DNA of 64,000 nt, taken from the IMG/VR virus record IMGVR_UViG_3300016474_000049, positions 1 through 64,000 of that record, one strand, 5' to 3'. Both the position numbers and the translations under genes were made by a program. The notes beneath the pieces are model-generated. The model was not told where the DNA came from. It did not search any database and was given only the letters and a program-made list of their open reading frames with translations. Shown here in pieces: positions 34,923 to 43,994 of this stretch (positions within the stretch are counted from its first letter, which is position 1; each line of letters starts with the position of its first letter). The stretch is from a virus.

Positions 34923-35404
34923 GATTTCTGGTACTTCTCTACGCTACGGCCAACAAAAAAGAATGAAAGCACCATTGATAGCATTCCAAAATCATCTTCA
35001 TCCCAGCTCTTAACTAAGACATCAGCCCAGTTTGCATCAGCTTGAAAGGCCAGCGTTATTGAAGCAGCCTTGACTCCTGCATACATGAAGAACAAAAACC
35101 AAGTTATACCGGGACGAACTGAAGCGGATATAAACGCCATGAACCAACCCGCCGCCTTAGCCGTCTCAGCCTGCTCCTTAAAAGCCTCCTTAATCGTGTC
35201 CATTTGCGAGATCGAGTAGTCCACATACTTTTCCTCCATCTTGAACTCGCCCCTCATTTTTTCGAGGTCGGTTTGGAGTTGGAACATATTTAATTCATGG
35301 GCGCGTTCGTTCTTTTTGTCCAAGAACTTCAGCACTTCAGGAGCAAGCCGGAATAAGCCACCGAAAATGGAGCCAAGCAAACCACCACCAAGTAGCTCAA
35401 ACAT
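34919..35404 (-). CDS. putative holin
   Basis: Hydrophobic segments at the N-terminus (LLGGGLLGSIFGGLF) and in the C-terminal half (WFMAFISASVRPGITWFLFFMYAGVKAASITLAF). Adjacent to the endolysin region. Confidence 0.5.
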   Translation of the reverse strand: MFELLGGGLLGSIFGGLFRLAPEVLKFLDKKNERAHELNMFQLQTDLEKMRGEFKMEEKYVDYSISQMDTIKEAFKEQAETAKAAGWFMAFISASVRPGITWFLFFMYAGVKAASITLAFQADANWADVLVKSWDEDDFGMLSMVLSFFFVGRSVEKYQKS

Positions 35405-35673
35405 TACTTCTTCCCCATCTTTTCGCGTTCTTCCAACAAACGCACTTTGACCTGCAACTCATTAATGTGAAACATCAGTTGTTCTTTAAGAACAGCACGA
35501 CGTTCGGCAGAGATTGGGCTATCAGTCGGCACCCCTTCACGGGTAATTAAGGCAGGCATCTGCCCTTCAATCTTGGTAAGTCGTTCACTAAAGCTAGCCA
35601 CCTGACCAAGGAGCCAAGCCAGTGCTGCCACAACGATAGGGATGATTGCCTTAAGGACATCTGACCAAGCCAT
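35404..35673 (-). CDS. membrane-anchored lysis-associated protein (possible spanin component or antiholin)
   Basis: N-terminal TM (IIPIVVAALAWLLGQVASF) followed by a coiled-coil-like segment. Position next to the holin. Confidence 0.4.
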   Translation of the reverse strand: MAWSDVLKAIIPIVVAALAWLLGQVASFSERLTKIEGQMPALITREGVPTDSPISAERRAVLKEQLMFHINELQVKVRLLEEREKMGKK

Positions 35674-35686
35674 GACTTTTCCTTAG

Positions 35687-36436
35687 TTACCAAGAAGCAT
35701 TACTGGGGAACGACTTACCTGCACGCCAAATAATTCTTACAGCGCCACCAGCACCAGCACCGCCGGAAATCCCCCCTCCTACACTACCACCGCCACCGCC
35801 TCCACCATAACCGCCACCGCCTCCACCAGATAAAGTAGCTCCATTTCCACCACCACCGCCACTACTACCACCACCGGCACCAGTTAATCCATATGGATAC
35901 CAATAGCCGCCAGTACCGTTAGCCCCTTCTCCATATAAACCCACGCCACCGCCCCCGCCACCTTGTTCTGAACCGCCCCAACCGCCACCGCCACCGCCAC
36001 CGCCACCGCCACTGCCATTACCACCAGCTAGCTCATACCCACCACCAGCGCCGCCATTGCCTGAGTACCCACCAGCACCTCCACCGCCACCGGTACCACC
36101 TCCCCCCGCTCCTCCTGCACCACCCCCATCACCAACGTATCCACCGCCATTTCCATATCCGGCGCAAGTGCTTGTGTTTATAAAGTAACTATTACCGCCT
36201 GAACCGCCCACAACAACCGTATACGAGTTGCCCGGAATAACAGTAATATTGTTTTTCCAACCTAGACCTCCCCCGCCACCCCCTGCGCTTCCACCACCGC
36301 CTACGCATACAACGCAAACAGATGTGACTCCAGATTCCGGCACAAAAGTATAGGTTCCGGGGGACGTATAAACCACATCTTCAGGGGCTACAGTGCTGAC
36401 AGCAGAAGCTGCGACAACTTGGGCAATACCTGTCAT
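35687..36436 (-). CDS. glycine-rich domain tail-fibre-associated protein (249 aa)
   Basis: ATGA overlap at 36436. VCVVCVGGGGSAGGGGGG...GAVRIIW, with long GGG runs typical of phage glycine-rich domains. Confidence 0.75.
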   Translation of the reverse strand: MTGIAQVVAASAVSTVAPEDVVYTSPGTYTFVPESGVTSVCVVCVGGGGSAGGGGGGLGWKNNITVIPGNSYTVVVGGSGGNSYFINTSTCAGYGNGGGYVGDGGGAGGAGGGGTGGGGGAGGYSGNGGAGGGYELAGGNGSGGGGGGGGGGWGGSEQGGGGGGVGLYGEGANGTGGYWYPYGLTGAGGGSSGGGGGNGATLSGGGGGGYGGGGGGGSVGGGISGGAGAGGAVRIIWRAGKSFPSNASW

Positions 36437-37332
36437 GAAACGGCTCCGGTAATAACACAAGCTGTAGCAGAGTAAAAAATAATAGACGCTATACCTCTGG
36501 ATGCTAGAGTTACTGTTCCACCGCCGCCTTTATTAACAGTAGACCCAGAAATATTTGCTGTCGTTGTATTAAATGTCATCGTAATGCCCGTTGTATTAGT
36601 ATTAATGACAGACACAACATCACCGGAATTAATAGCAACAGTATCTGAGAATGTACTGTTAGGAACAACGATTGAACCCCCTGAACCTATTTGTACATAC
36701 TTACCTATATCGGTTGATGCTAGGGTGTAACTACTTGTTTTGGTGCCAGCACTTGGGATGTTCCTAAACCCAACCGTCATGGTTTCGGCAGGGAATGTGA
36801 TGGTGTAATTAGTTGCACCTGTGTTGGCGCTCGCAAAGGTGCTGTAGCCTGTACTTGACCCCGAAAGTTGAATAGCACCTGCTCTAAGGGAAGATAAATA
36901 AGTTATTACGTCAACGACATTAGTGCCGTTGCTATACACCATCATGGTTGCGCCATTTGGGATGGTGACACCCGTACCCGAAGCTGTCTTAACTAGGATG
37001 GATTGTCCATTCGTCGTAGCGTTCTTAACGATGTAAAGTTTTTGAATTGGCGCAGTGCCAGCCTGATTGTTAGGAAGAATGAGATTTCGCGTAGCCGTGA
37101 GCGAACCGGAAGAGGTAAGGTTTAGGTACAGGTTGCGAGCTGTCTGGCTGGAGTTACCATCAGTGAGAGTTAGCGTTGTGTCGGCATCTGATGAAAAGTT
37201 AACCGTCGCATAGCCAACAATTGCTTGCTCAAAAACGTTACTGAATGCGTTATTGGTTACATTCCCCCAATTACCGCCTTCTTCACCGGTGCCGATCAGT
37301 TGAACTTTTAGGTTGGTTGAGTAAGTGCTCAT
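36433..37332 (-). CDS. tail fibre protein (299 aa)
   Basis: N-terminus MSTYSTNLKVQLIGTGEEGGNWGNVTNNAF is typical of fibre N-terminal anchor domains. S/T/N/G-rich beta sequence. Confidence 0.7.
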   Translation of the reverse strand: MSTYSTNLKVQLIGTGEEGGNWGNVTNNAFSNVFEQAIVGYATVNFSSDADTTLTLTDGNSSQTARNLYLNLTSSGSLTATRNLILPNNQAGTAPIQKLYIVKNATTNGQSILVKTASGTGVTIPNGATMMVYSNGTNVVDVITYLSSLRAGAIQLSGSSTGYSTFASANTGATNYTITFPAETMTVGFRNIPSAGTKTSSYTLASTDIGKYVQIGSGGSIVVPNSTFSDTVAINSGDVVSVINTNTTGITMTFNTTTANISGSTVNKGGGGTVTLASRGIASIIFYSATACVITGAVS

Positions 37333-37347
37333 GGCATTAACCTTTGT

Positions 37348-38628
37348 TTATGCTGCAATCTGCGTCCACGCTGCGCTTTGCGTATTATTAATCAATACCC
37401 AGTTTGCTGTCTGTGTCGTATTAATATCGACCCAGCCGGGGTTTGATATTACAGGGGCTTTTCCTACCAACGTCAACTGCCCAGAAGGTGGCGTAATAAC
37501 TCGGTCCGCTAATATTTCAGGCGCAGCACCTACAAGCGTTAATGTACCCGTAACAGGCTGGATGACAGCCCCGCGAACAAGGCTTGGGGCTACACCTTGA
37601 GCCGTTAAAGCACCGGTCGCTGGGGTAATACTGGTACTTCTACTTAATTCAGGCGCAGAACCCGCAGCAACAATTGCTCCGGTATTTGGTGTTATTGACT
37701 GAGGTACAAGAATACTAGGCGCATAACCCTGCGTCACCGCCGCACCAGTATTTGGTGTTACGGATTTTGAAGACTCAATAACGTTAGGCGCAGCCCCAGC
37801 AAAAACCGCACTACCTGTTGCTGGCGTGATGACTGTATCTTTTGCTACGGTTGGTGCAGCCCCAGTAAGCGTTAAGCTTGCGCCCCCCGGAATAACAGTA
37901 AATTCTCTTCGTACTTCAGGCGCAGCCCCCGCAAAGTTTGCAGTGCCCGTATTAGGCGTTATTAGTGCGTTCTGAATAACAACCGGCGCAAAACCACCGA
38001 ATGTTGCAGCCCCTGCCGAAGGTGTAACTTCTCTTGGCAATATGACGACAGGTGCAGCACCCGCCAAACTTAACGCACCTGTCCCTGGAGCTGTTCCTGC
38101 GCCTGTAAATACTGTTGGTGTGATGCCGTTGAATGTGGCACTACCGGTGTTAGGCGTGATGAACGTGCCGGATGCTAAATCAGGTGCAAAGCCTTGGGTT
38201 GTAATCGCACCGGTGTTAGGTGTGATAAGTGCTTCACGCGCTATGGTTGGCGCAGCACCAGCAAAAACTGCCGCCCCGGTATTTGGTGTGATAAACGCAC
38301 TACGCTCAATGACTGGCGCAGCTCCAGCAAAAACTGCCGCCCCAACAGATGGGGTAATGATGGTGTCACGGATGACTGTTGGCGCTGCACCCTGCGCTGT
38401 GATTGCGCCTGTTGAAGGTGTGATGAAACGTTCTTGTACGACGGTTGGCGCTGCACCTGCGGCAACAATGGCACCGGTATTTGGGGTGATGAAACGATCT
38501 AGCTGTACAGTGGGTGCTGCACCCGCAGCCGTAATAGCCCCTACCCCAGGGGTGATAGATATAGCCCCCGTTGAGACTGTCGCAGCATCACTAAATGGTA
38601 GCGATGCAAATGGGGCTACACCAAACAT
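37348..38628 (-). CDS. tail-fibre-like protein built of 17 tandem 22-aa repeats (426 aa)
   Basis: Repeat consensus (I/V)TPxTGAxxxxGAAPxVxxxxx read 17 times in the translation. Confidence 0.8.
   Translation of the reverse strand: MFGVAPFASLPFSDAATVSTGAISITPGVGAITAAGAAPTVQLDRFITPNTGAIVAAGAAPTVVQERFITPSTGAITAQGAAPTVIRDTIITPSVGAAVFAGAAPVIERSAFITPNTGAAVFAGAAPTIAREALITPNTGAITTQGFAPDLASGTFITPNTGSATFNGITPTVFTGAGTAPGTGALSLAGAAPVVILPREVTPSAGAATFGGFAPVVIQNALITPNTGTANFAGAAPEVRREFTVIPGGASLTLTGAAPTVAKDTVITPATGSAVFAGAAPNVIESSKSVTPNTGAAVTQGYAPSILVPQSITPNTGAIVAAGSAPELSRSTSITPATGALTAQGVAPSLVRGAVIQPVTGTLTLVGAAPEILADRVITPPSGQLTLVGKAPVISNPGWVDINTTQTANWVLINNTQSAAWTQIAA
37443..38571 (-). repeat. coding tandem repeat, about 66 bp x 17
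   Basis: Corresponds to aa 20-395 of the 37348..38628 product. The same periodicity creates the spurious antisense ORF 38042..38752. Confidence 0.8.
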
Positions 38629-38645
38629 ATCAGGTCATCATACGT

Positions 38646-39002
38646 TTAAACAGAATCGGCAGCAACAGAATCGGCACCAATGGAGTCAGGCACTATCCAC
38701 TGACAAGTTGTTTCATCAAGTACAGCGTCTGGTGTTGGTTTTGGTGGGATAAACGCGTCACGAACGGGATCGTAGGTGTAGCCAATGCCTGCAAAGTTTT
38801 TACGGAAAGCCTTAGACTGATCCGCTGATGGCAAGCCCGTATCAGGGTCGTAGTGAACCCCGCCACGGGTGTTGTAAGACGTTTGCCTGTAGGTTTCACC
38901 CGTTCTAGCGCAGAGTTCCAACTCCTTACCCTCATCCTCTTGGCGACCCACAGTGACAAACACAACGGTTTGTAAATTATCAATTTTTGCAAAGTGTGGC
39001 AT
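38646..39002 (-). CDS. small conserved phage protein with C-terminal ADSV repeats (118 aa)
   Basis: Ends ...VPDSIGADSVAADSV. Lies between two fibre genes. Its PPKP and W-containing C-terminal part resembles the 40267..40551 product. Confidence 0.65.
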   Translation of the reverse strand: MPHFAKIDNLQTVVFVTVGRQEDEGKELELCARTGETYRQTSYNTRGGVHYDPDTGLPSADQSKAFRKNFAGIGYTYDPVRDAFIPPKPTPDAVLDETTCQWIVPDSIGADSVAADSV

Positions 39003-39010
39003 TTGGTTCC

Positions 39011-40270
39011 TCAGCTAAATGTGACCGTCTCTGAGGTCGTTGAGGTTGCGGTTATCGTGTAGATTTTGTACCCAGGAACCGCTGTGGATAAACTTGAAGT
39101 GACACCGCCAGAGAATGTTGCGGTGTTAGAGCTAGGTATTTTTAGAATTACAACACCAGACCCACCTGCACCTCCTGTAAACGGGCCTCCTGAAGCAGCA
39201 GTACCAGCACCACCGCCTCCGCCACCAGTATTGGAGCTGCCAGGAGAACCTGTTGCCCCGTTTGCTCCACCATTACCCCCAACGCCAGAACCACCAGTTC
39301 CAGCAGTCCCTGTGAGGTAAATTCCACCACCGCCTCCGCCAGCATAAGTTACGGTAGAGCCGGATATAGAAGATGATGCACCTGCTCCACCATTACCACC
39401 TGCTGTTCCACTTCCATTACCACCCGTCCCAGTGCTTGTATTTGCACCACCACCGCCGCCAGCACCATAATATAACGCAGAGGAGCTTCCATTTCCACCA
39501 TCTTTTCCTTGGGCTGCGTTTGAATCCGGCGGAGATGACGAATTGGGTGTATTCCCCATACCACCATTTCCTGGTGTTCCATCTCCAGCACCGCCACCAC
39601 CAGAACCACCGTTATTTCCGTTGTCTGTTGTTCCTGCGCTTCCACCTCCACCACCTCCACCACCGGCAGACGTTATGGTAGAGAATACAGAAGCAAAACC
39701 GTTTGAACCTCTAGCATTAGTTCCACCAGGGCCACCAGCACCTACGGTAACGGTATATGAAGTTCCAGCAGTAACACTAAGCCCAGTTCCAGTTCTAAAC
39801 CCACCGGCACCACCACCAGCACCTACCGTATTACCGCCAGTTCCAGCACCACCACCAGCACCTCCAGCGACAACAAGATACTCAACTAGAATATTTTTCG
39901 GAAGCGTTGTCACAGCAAACCCAGAATACGCAGCCCATCCCTGCGTATTGTCTACATAAACAAGCTGAACTGAACCTCTATTAGTAGATAAAACTATATT
40001 TCCCGTATCACCATTAATGTTCAACCCATTAGGGTTTACCATCAGGTTATTAGTACCCCAAGTCCCCGCATAATCTGTCAGCGTAATGACATTCCCTGCC
40101 GCTGGACTAGCAGGTAGCGTGACAGTAAATGCTGCGGAAGTCGTATTACACGGATAAGCCCTGCCAGCCACAGCCGTAAACCCCGTGGTCTGCACAGCTT
40201 GCCACGCCACACTGGATATACCAGATGTGCCTGACTGCGTGATGTTTGCGGATGTGATCTTGGTAGTCAT
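39011..40270 (-). CDS. tail fibre protein with glycine-rich domain (419 aa)
   Basis: N-terminal fibre-like segment, then VVAGGAGGGAGTGGN...YTVTVGAGG...GGAGGSGVVILKIP. Confidence 0.8.
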   Translation of the reverse strand: MTTKITSANITQSGTSGISSVAWQAVQTTGFTAVAGRAYPCNTTSAAFTVTLPASPAAGNVITLTDYAGTWGTNNLMVNPNGLNINGDTGNIVLSTNRGSVQLVYVDNTQGWAAYSGFAVTTLPKNILVEYLVVAGGAGGGAGTGGNTVGAGGGAGGFRTGTGLSVTAGTSYTVTVGAGGPGGTNARGSNGFASVFSTITSAGGGGGGGGSAGTTDNGNNGGSGGGGAGDGTPGNGGMGNTPNSSSPPDSNAAQGKDGGNGSSSALYYGAGGGGGANTSTGTGGNGSGTAGGNGGAGASSSISGSTVTYAGGGGGGIYLTGTAGTGGSGVGGNGGANGATGSPGSSNTGGGGGGAGTAASGGPFTGGAGGSGVVILKIPSSNTATFSGGVTSSLSTAVPGYKIYTITATSTTSETVTFS

Positions 40271-40551
40271 ACCGAATCAGCTCCTACGGAATCAGCGGCA
40301 ATGATTTCAACAGTTACAACCTCATCCACCGTTGTTGCATACTTACCCTCAACCCATGTCTTGTCAGAGTGGGTCCAGTTCCATTGATAACCTGCCCTGT
40401 CTGCTGGCTTTGGTGGACGTACCACCCATTCATGAGACCACCAGATAACTTCCATACCTTCAGGGCAGTCCGGTGCATCAGGCACTTGTACCCAACCCTC
40501 TGTGCCGTCAGTCTCAGGCTTTGGAATACTTCCGTTTTTACTGTAGAGCAT
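40267..40551 (-). CDS. small protein with C-terminal ADSV repeats (94 aa)
   Basis: Ends ...IIAADSVGADSV. Its stop overlaps the start of the next fibre gene (ATGA). Confidence 0.6.
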   Translation of the reverse strand: MLYSKNGSIPKPETDGTEGWVQVPDAPDCPEGMEVIWWSHEWVVRPPKPADRAGYQWNWTHSDKTWVEGKYATTVDEVVTVEIIAADSVGADSV

Positions 40552-40559
40552 GTGTTACC

Positions 40560-42563
40560 TCACTGAACTGGGAAGGGTGCAGTTGGTGCGGTGAAGTTGG
40601 ATGTGTAACGAGCAGACTTGGTGATGCGGAAGTCGTCGATGTATCCATTATAGTTTTGTGATCCGTCATTTACACAGCCAATATAAGGTCTGTTTGCCGG
40701 AGGAGCTACAGCGTCAGAATTAGCCCAAGTGCCGCCTGTGGATGCTCCATTAACATATAAAGTATAAGTACCGCTTGCCCTTACTAAAGCAACATGAGTC
40801 CATGTATTCGCAGTGATAGCAGAAGAAGTAATCCTATTAGAAATCATGTACACAACAAGAGTTCTTGAATTCGTGTAGTTTAAAGCCACGCCTTGCCCGC
40901 TAACGTCTGCATTCCTAAAATCAAACAGTACCTGCTGTGAACCAGGAGTTCCCGCATACATCCAAAATTCGACCGTGTAGTCACCGGTTCCCATATTGAA
41001 TAATGGGGGTGCTGCGCTGCTAGAAACCTGAACACGACAATTAGCAGTTCCATCAAAGGACATACTCCCACCACCCCACTTGCTCTGTGTTGTGCTGATC
41101 TGAGCATTCCCAACAGTCTCCAGCACATTCTTGGCAGTGGCATCGACAACGCCAGCGTTGGTGAAGTTGAGGAGGAGGGATGTGTTGGTGATTGCGGTGA
41201 GCGGTGCGGTTGGGACTGTGATAGTGCTATAACCAGTGCCTTTCAAGATACGGACATCAGTCATATATCCATTACAGTAATTTGTTCCTGCATCAGTTCC
41301 AATATTTACCGCGCTTTGTACCCAGTTTGATGAATTTGCTACCGAGGCTCCTTGAACACCGTTGATAAACAACTTCAAAGTTCCTGATTGCCTAGTCGCA
41401 ACACAATGATTCCACGCATTAAGATCAAGAGTGTTGGTTGTTGTCGCAATACCCCCTATCCCATAGTTTTGCAACTCCAATTGCCTAGAAGTATTCATGA
41501 AAACAATGGGAGCGTTTACGGTGGCAAAAGTTACGTTTCTTTGTGCTGTTGATGTTGGGTAAAGCCAAAACTCAATCGTAAAGTCACCAGTACCAAGCGC
41601 AAAAGCAGCATTGCTTGCAGCACTCAAATAATCCCCAGTCCCATCAAAATACCCGCTACCACCCACTGCTGATGCTGAGTAAGACTGTGTAGGGGCGAAG
41701 GGGGAGAAGGGGGTTACGGTGACATCGCCATTTCTGGTAATTGTTAATGGACTTGATGCTGGTGTGTTAACGCCATTACTATCTAAAAGCCTATTGGACT
41801 GAAGTGTTAAAAACTGAACGTTAGTTGCGCCTTGGCTTGTTCGTGTTAATGGTGACGTAATAGGCGTAAACCCAGAAGTGCTATAAACAGCAGCTTTTGA
41901 AAATCTTACGTTACTTAAATAACCAGGGAAACTTTGAGCGGCTATATCCCCTGAGTTGGTTCCAATCACCATGTTGGCTGTAGAACCTAAAGCAGCAGAC
42001 TTAGCGGCAGAACTTAAAAGAGTTCCATTTTGAAACGTGTAAACAGTCCCAGAACTTCTCATAACGCAAATATGAACCCAAGTGTTTGCGTAATTTGACA
42101 TAGTACCTATATAAGCTCCTGTTCCACCCCACTCTACATACACCTGCCTAGCATTTGCCGACCCGCTTCCGTAACCAATAGTCAAATTAGCGTTGGATGC
42201 TGCGGTCATTATCCCAACTTGAGACTTGTCTGACGTAACGTACATCCACCACTCAGCAGTAAAATCTCCGGTGGAAACAGAAAAATCTGAATTTGTGTAT
42301 TGAATGTAATCGCTAGCACCATCAAAGTAAGCGCCCCACCCAGTCTGGCTGAACGGGCTGAACGTACCCTGCGTTGTGTTGCCGTTGCGGGTGATGGTGA
42401 AGGTATTACTGGAACTGTCTAAGAACGTATTGTTCTGTGCGCCGTTAGTGCCGTTGCCAGGAAGGAGCAAGGACACAAGGTTGAAATACTGATCAGTAAT
42501 AAGACCTGAAGTAAACCCCCAAGCCTTTGCACATGCTGCGCCTAATGTGGTGAAAATGGGCAT
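40560..42563 (-). CDS. tail fibre/receptor-binding protein with three LamG (concanavalin-like lectin) domains (667 aa)
   Basis: Three spaced copies of the Laminin_G_3 signature: GDFTAEWWMY, GDFTIEFWLY and GDYTVEFWMY. Each is followed by WxHxA/C and G(T/Y)xDxxRI. Confidence 0.8.
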   Translation of the reverse strand: MPIFTTLGAACAKAWGFTSGLITDQYFNLVSLLLPGNGTNGAQNNTFLDSSSNTFTITRNGNTTQGTFSPFSQTGWGAYFDGASDYIQYTNSDFSVSTGDFTAEWWMYVTSDKSQVGIMTAASNANLTIGYGSGSANARQVYVEWGGTGAYIGTMSNYANTWVHICVMRSSGTVYTFQNGTLLSSAAKSAALGSTANMVIGTNSGDIAAQSFPGYLSNVRFSKAAVYSTSGFTPITSPLTRTSQGATNVQFLTLQSNRLLDSNGVNTPASSPLTITRNGDVTVTPFSPFAPTQSYSASAVGGSGYFDGTGDYLSAASNAAFALGTGDFTIEFWLYPTSTAQRNVTFATVNAPIVFMNTSRQLELQNYGIGGIATTTNTLDLNAWNHCVATRQSGTLKLFINGVQGASVANSSNWVQSAVNIGTDAGTNYCNGYMTDVRILKGTGYSTITVPTAPLTAITNTSLLLNFTNAGVVDATAKNVLETVGNAQISTTQSKWGGGSMSFDGTANCRVQVSSSAAPPLFNMGTGDYTVEFWMYAGTPGSQQVLFDFRNADVSGQGVALNYTNSRTLVVYMISNRITSSAITANTWTHVALVRASGTYTLYVNGASTGGTWANSDAVAPPANRPYIGCVNDGSQNYNGYIDDFRITKSARYTSNFTAPTAPFPVQ

Positions 42564-42572
42564 GATTCACCT

Positions 42573-43157
42573 TTACGCAAATTTGGTCTGACTGGCAAAA
42601 ATCGTAAATGTCGCGCTGGCTGTTTTAACAATACTGTAGACATACACATCAATCCCTGACGCGTTGCCAGCAGTTGGAGCCGTACCGTTCTGCCACTTAG
42701 GTGTAACGGATGCACCGTCCACTTGAACAGCCGAGTTGTAATAAGCCGTTGATCCTTGCGTGACCAAATGAGCAACCGTAATAGCCTGCCCGGTTGCCAA
42801 AGCCGTGTTCAGACTCGTGCCAGAACTTGCTCTAAAGTTGATCGTCCAGTTAGCTGACGCGTTGCTTGTGTAGTACAGAACCGACTGCGTGGTGATGTCA
42901 TAGTTAATCGTGCCTGTCGCAGCCGTTGCCGATATGGTCGCAGTCTCAGCAATGTCGTTTAAGACCATCGCAATCGCACTGCTTGTCCCGGCGAAGGTTT
43001 GAGTACCTGTGAAGGTTTGAGCCAAACCAAGCGCAGCAAGCGTATCCGTAGATGTTGGATCAGGCAGCGTGATGGTGGCTGAGTTAGAAGTGTTGGGGCT
43101 TTGTAGCGTGGTTGTGCCAGCGCCAGAAGCATTACCCTGAACTTTAAGATTGCTCAT
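42573..43157 (-). CDS. tail fibre-like protein (194 aa)
   Basis: MSNLKVQGNASGAGTTTLQSPNTSNSATITLPD, S/T/A/N-rich beta sequence in the fibre locus. Confidence 0.65.
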   Translation of the reverse strand: MSNLKVQGNASGAGTTTLQSPNTSNSATITLPDPTSTDTLAALGLAQTFTGTQTFAGTSSAIAMVLNDIAETATISATAATGTINYDITTQSVLYYTSNASANWTINFRASSGTSLNTALATGQAITVAHLVTQGSTAYYNSAVQVDGASVTPKWQNGTAPTAGNASGIDVYVYSIVKTASATFTIFASQTKFA

Positions 43158-43166
43158 GTCAAATCC

Positions 43167-43994
43167 TTAACCAAAAATTAACCAACGCTGACCCGTGCCG
43201 ACAGTCACCGCAACACCTGTATTAATCGTGACAGGCCCAACACTTGAGCCGTTATAAGCCGACGTTACCGAGTAGTTGCTTGAAATGGTTTGCTGGTTTT
43301 CGGAAATAACACCAGAGCCGCCTCCACCACCGCCAGCAAGAACTCGTATCTGGATAGCCACACCATTTGCTGGAGCAGTCGTAAAGACAACACTTGTACC
43401 TGAGATGGTGTAGTCGGTGGTCGGGACTTGCGTGATGCCGTTTTCTAAGACCAGTACGTTGTTAACGGTTAATCCGCTTGTGCTGGTATTAAACGATGTG
43501 GTGGTGCCATCACCTGTAAAGGTAAAGGTTGCGTAGCTTGGACCGCCTCCGCCACTACTAATTGTTATCGTACCCGCGCCATTAGTGACTGTAATCCCAC
43601 CACCGCCGGTTAAGGTTGAGAGGGTAAAATCAGTACCATTACCAATAAGCAGTTGACCATTGCTTGGCACCGTAGCAGCATATGCAGATCTACCCGCCGG
43701 ATAAGTAACGAAAACATCCTGCGTCCCGCTACTAAAGTTAATCCGGCTTGTTGTTCCAGCGGAGTTGGATAAGACCGTCGTCCTCGTAAGCGTTGTGCCA
43801 GAAAGGGTAAACGTCCCAATACCAACTTCCCAGTTATTCCCAGACTGGTCCGCTATGGTGTAAAAGGTTGAATTACCATCACCAATAACGTTAAAGTTTT
43901 GAAAGCCGGTTACCGCTGCACCAAGTGTTATAGGCGTAGCCGTCCCCGGCGCAGATACAGTAACCTTGACTCGGTCTGCAACAACAAAGGCCAT
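43167..43994 (-). CDS. tail fibre-like protein (275 aa)
   Basis: T/G/S/V-rich, with internally similar segments ending in GGGG runs. Position in the fibre locus. Confidence 0.65.
   Translation of the reverse strand: MAFVVADRVKVTVSAPGTATPITLGAAVTGFQNFNVIGDGNSTFYTIADQSGNNWEVGIGTFTLSGTTLTRTTVLSNSAGTTSRINFSSGTQDVFVTYPAGRSAYAATVPSNGQLLIGNGTDFTLSTLTGGGGITVTNGAGTITISSGGGGPSYATFTFTGDGTTTSFNTSTSGLTVNNVLVLENGITQVPTTDYTISGTSVVFTTAPANGVAIQIRVLAGGGGGGSGVISENQQTISSNYSVTSAYNGSSVGPVTINTGVAVTVGTGQRWLIFG

Noticed and set aside
38042-38752. 236-aa + strand ORF antisense to the 22-aa repeat gene
   Set aside because: It is an artefact of the 66-bp periodic, stop-poor repeat. The - strand frame gives the coherent repeat protein with operon-consistent coupling.
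39066-39959. Several + strand ORFs (39066, 39373, 39543) and out-of-frame - strand ORFs (39148, 39349) within the glycine-rich fibre gene
   Set aside because: These are Pro-rich or His/Leu-rich mirror translations of GGN-rich coding sequence. They lack RBS and are fully nested in a well-supported gene.
40560-42563. Diversity-generating retroelement (template/variable repeat) in the LamG fibre gene
   Set aside because: There is no reverse transcriptase anywhere in the window. The three LamG copies are diverged throughout rather than differing mainly at adenine positions over a short repeat.
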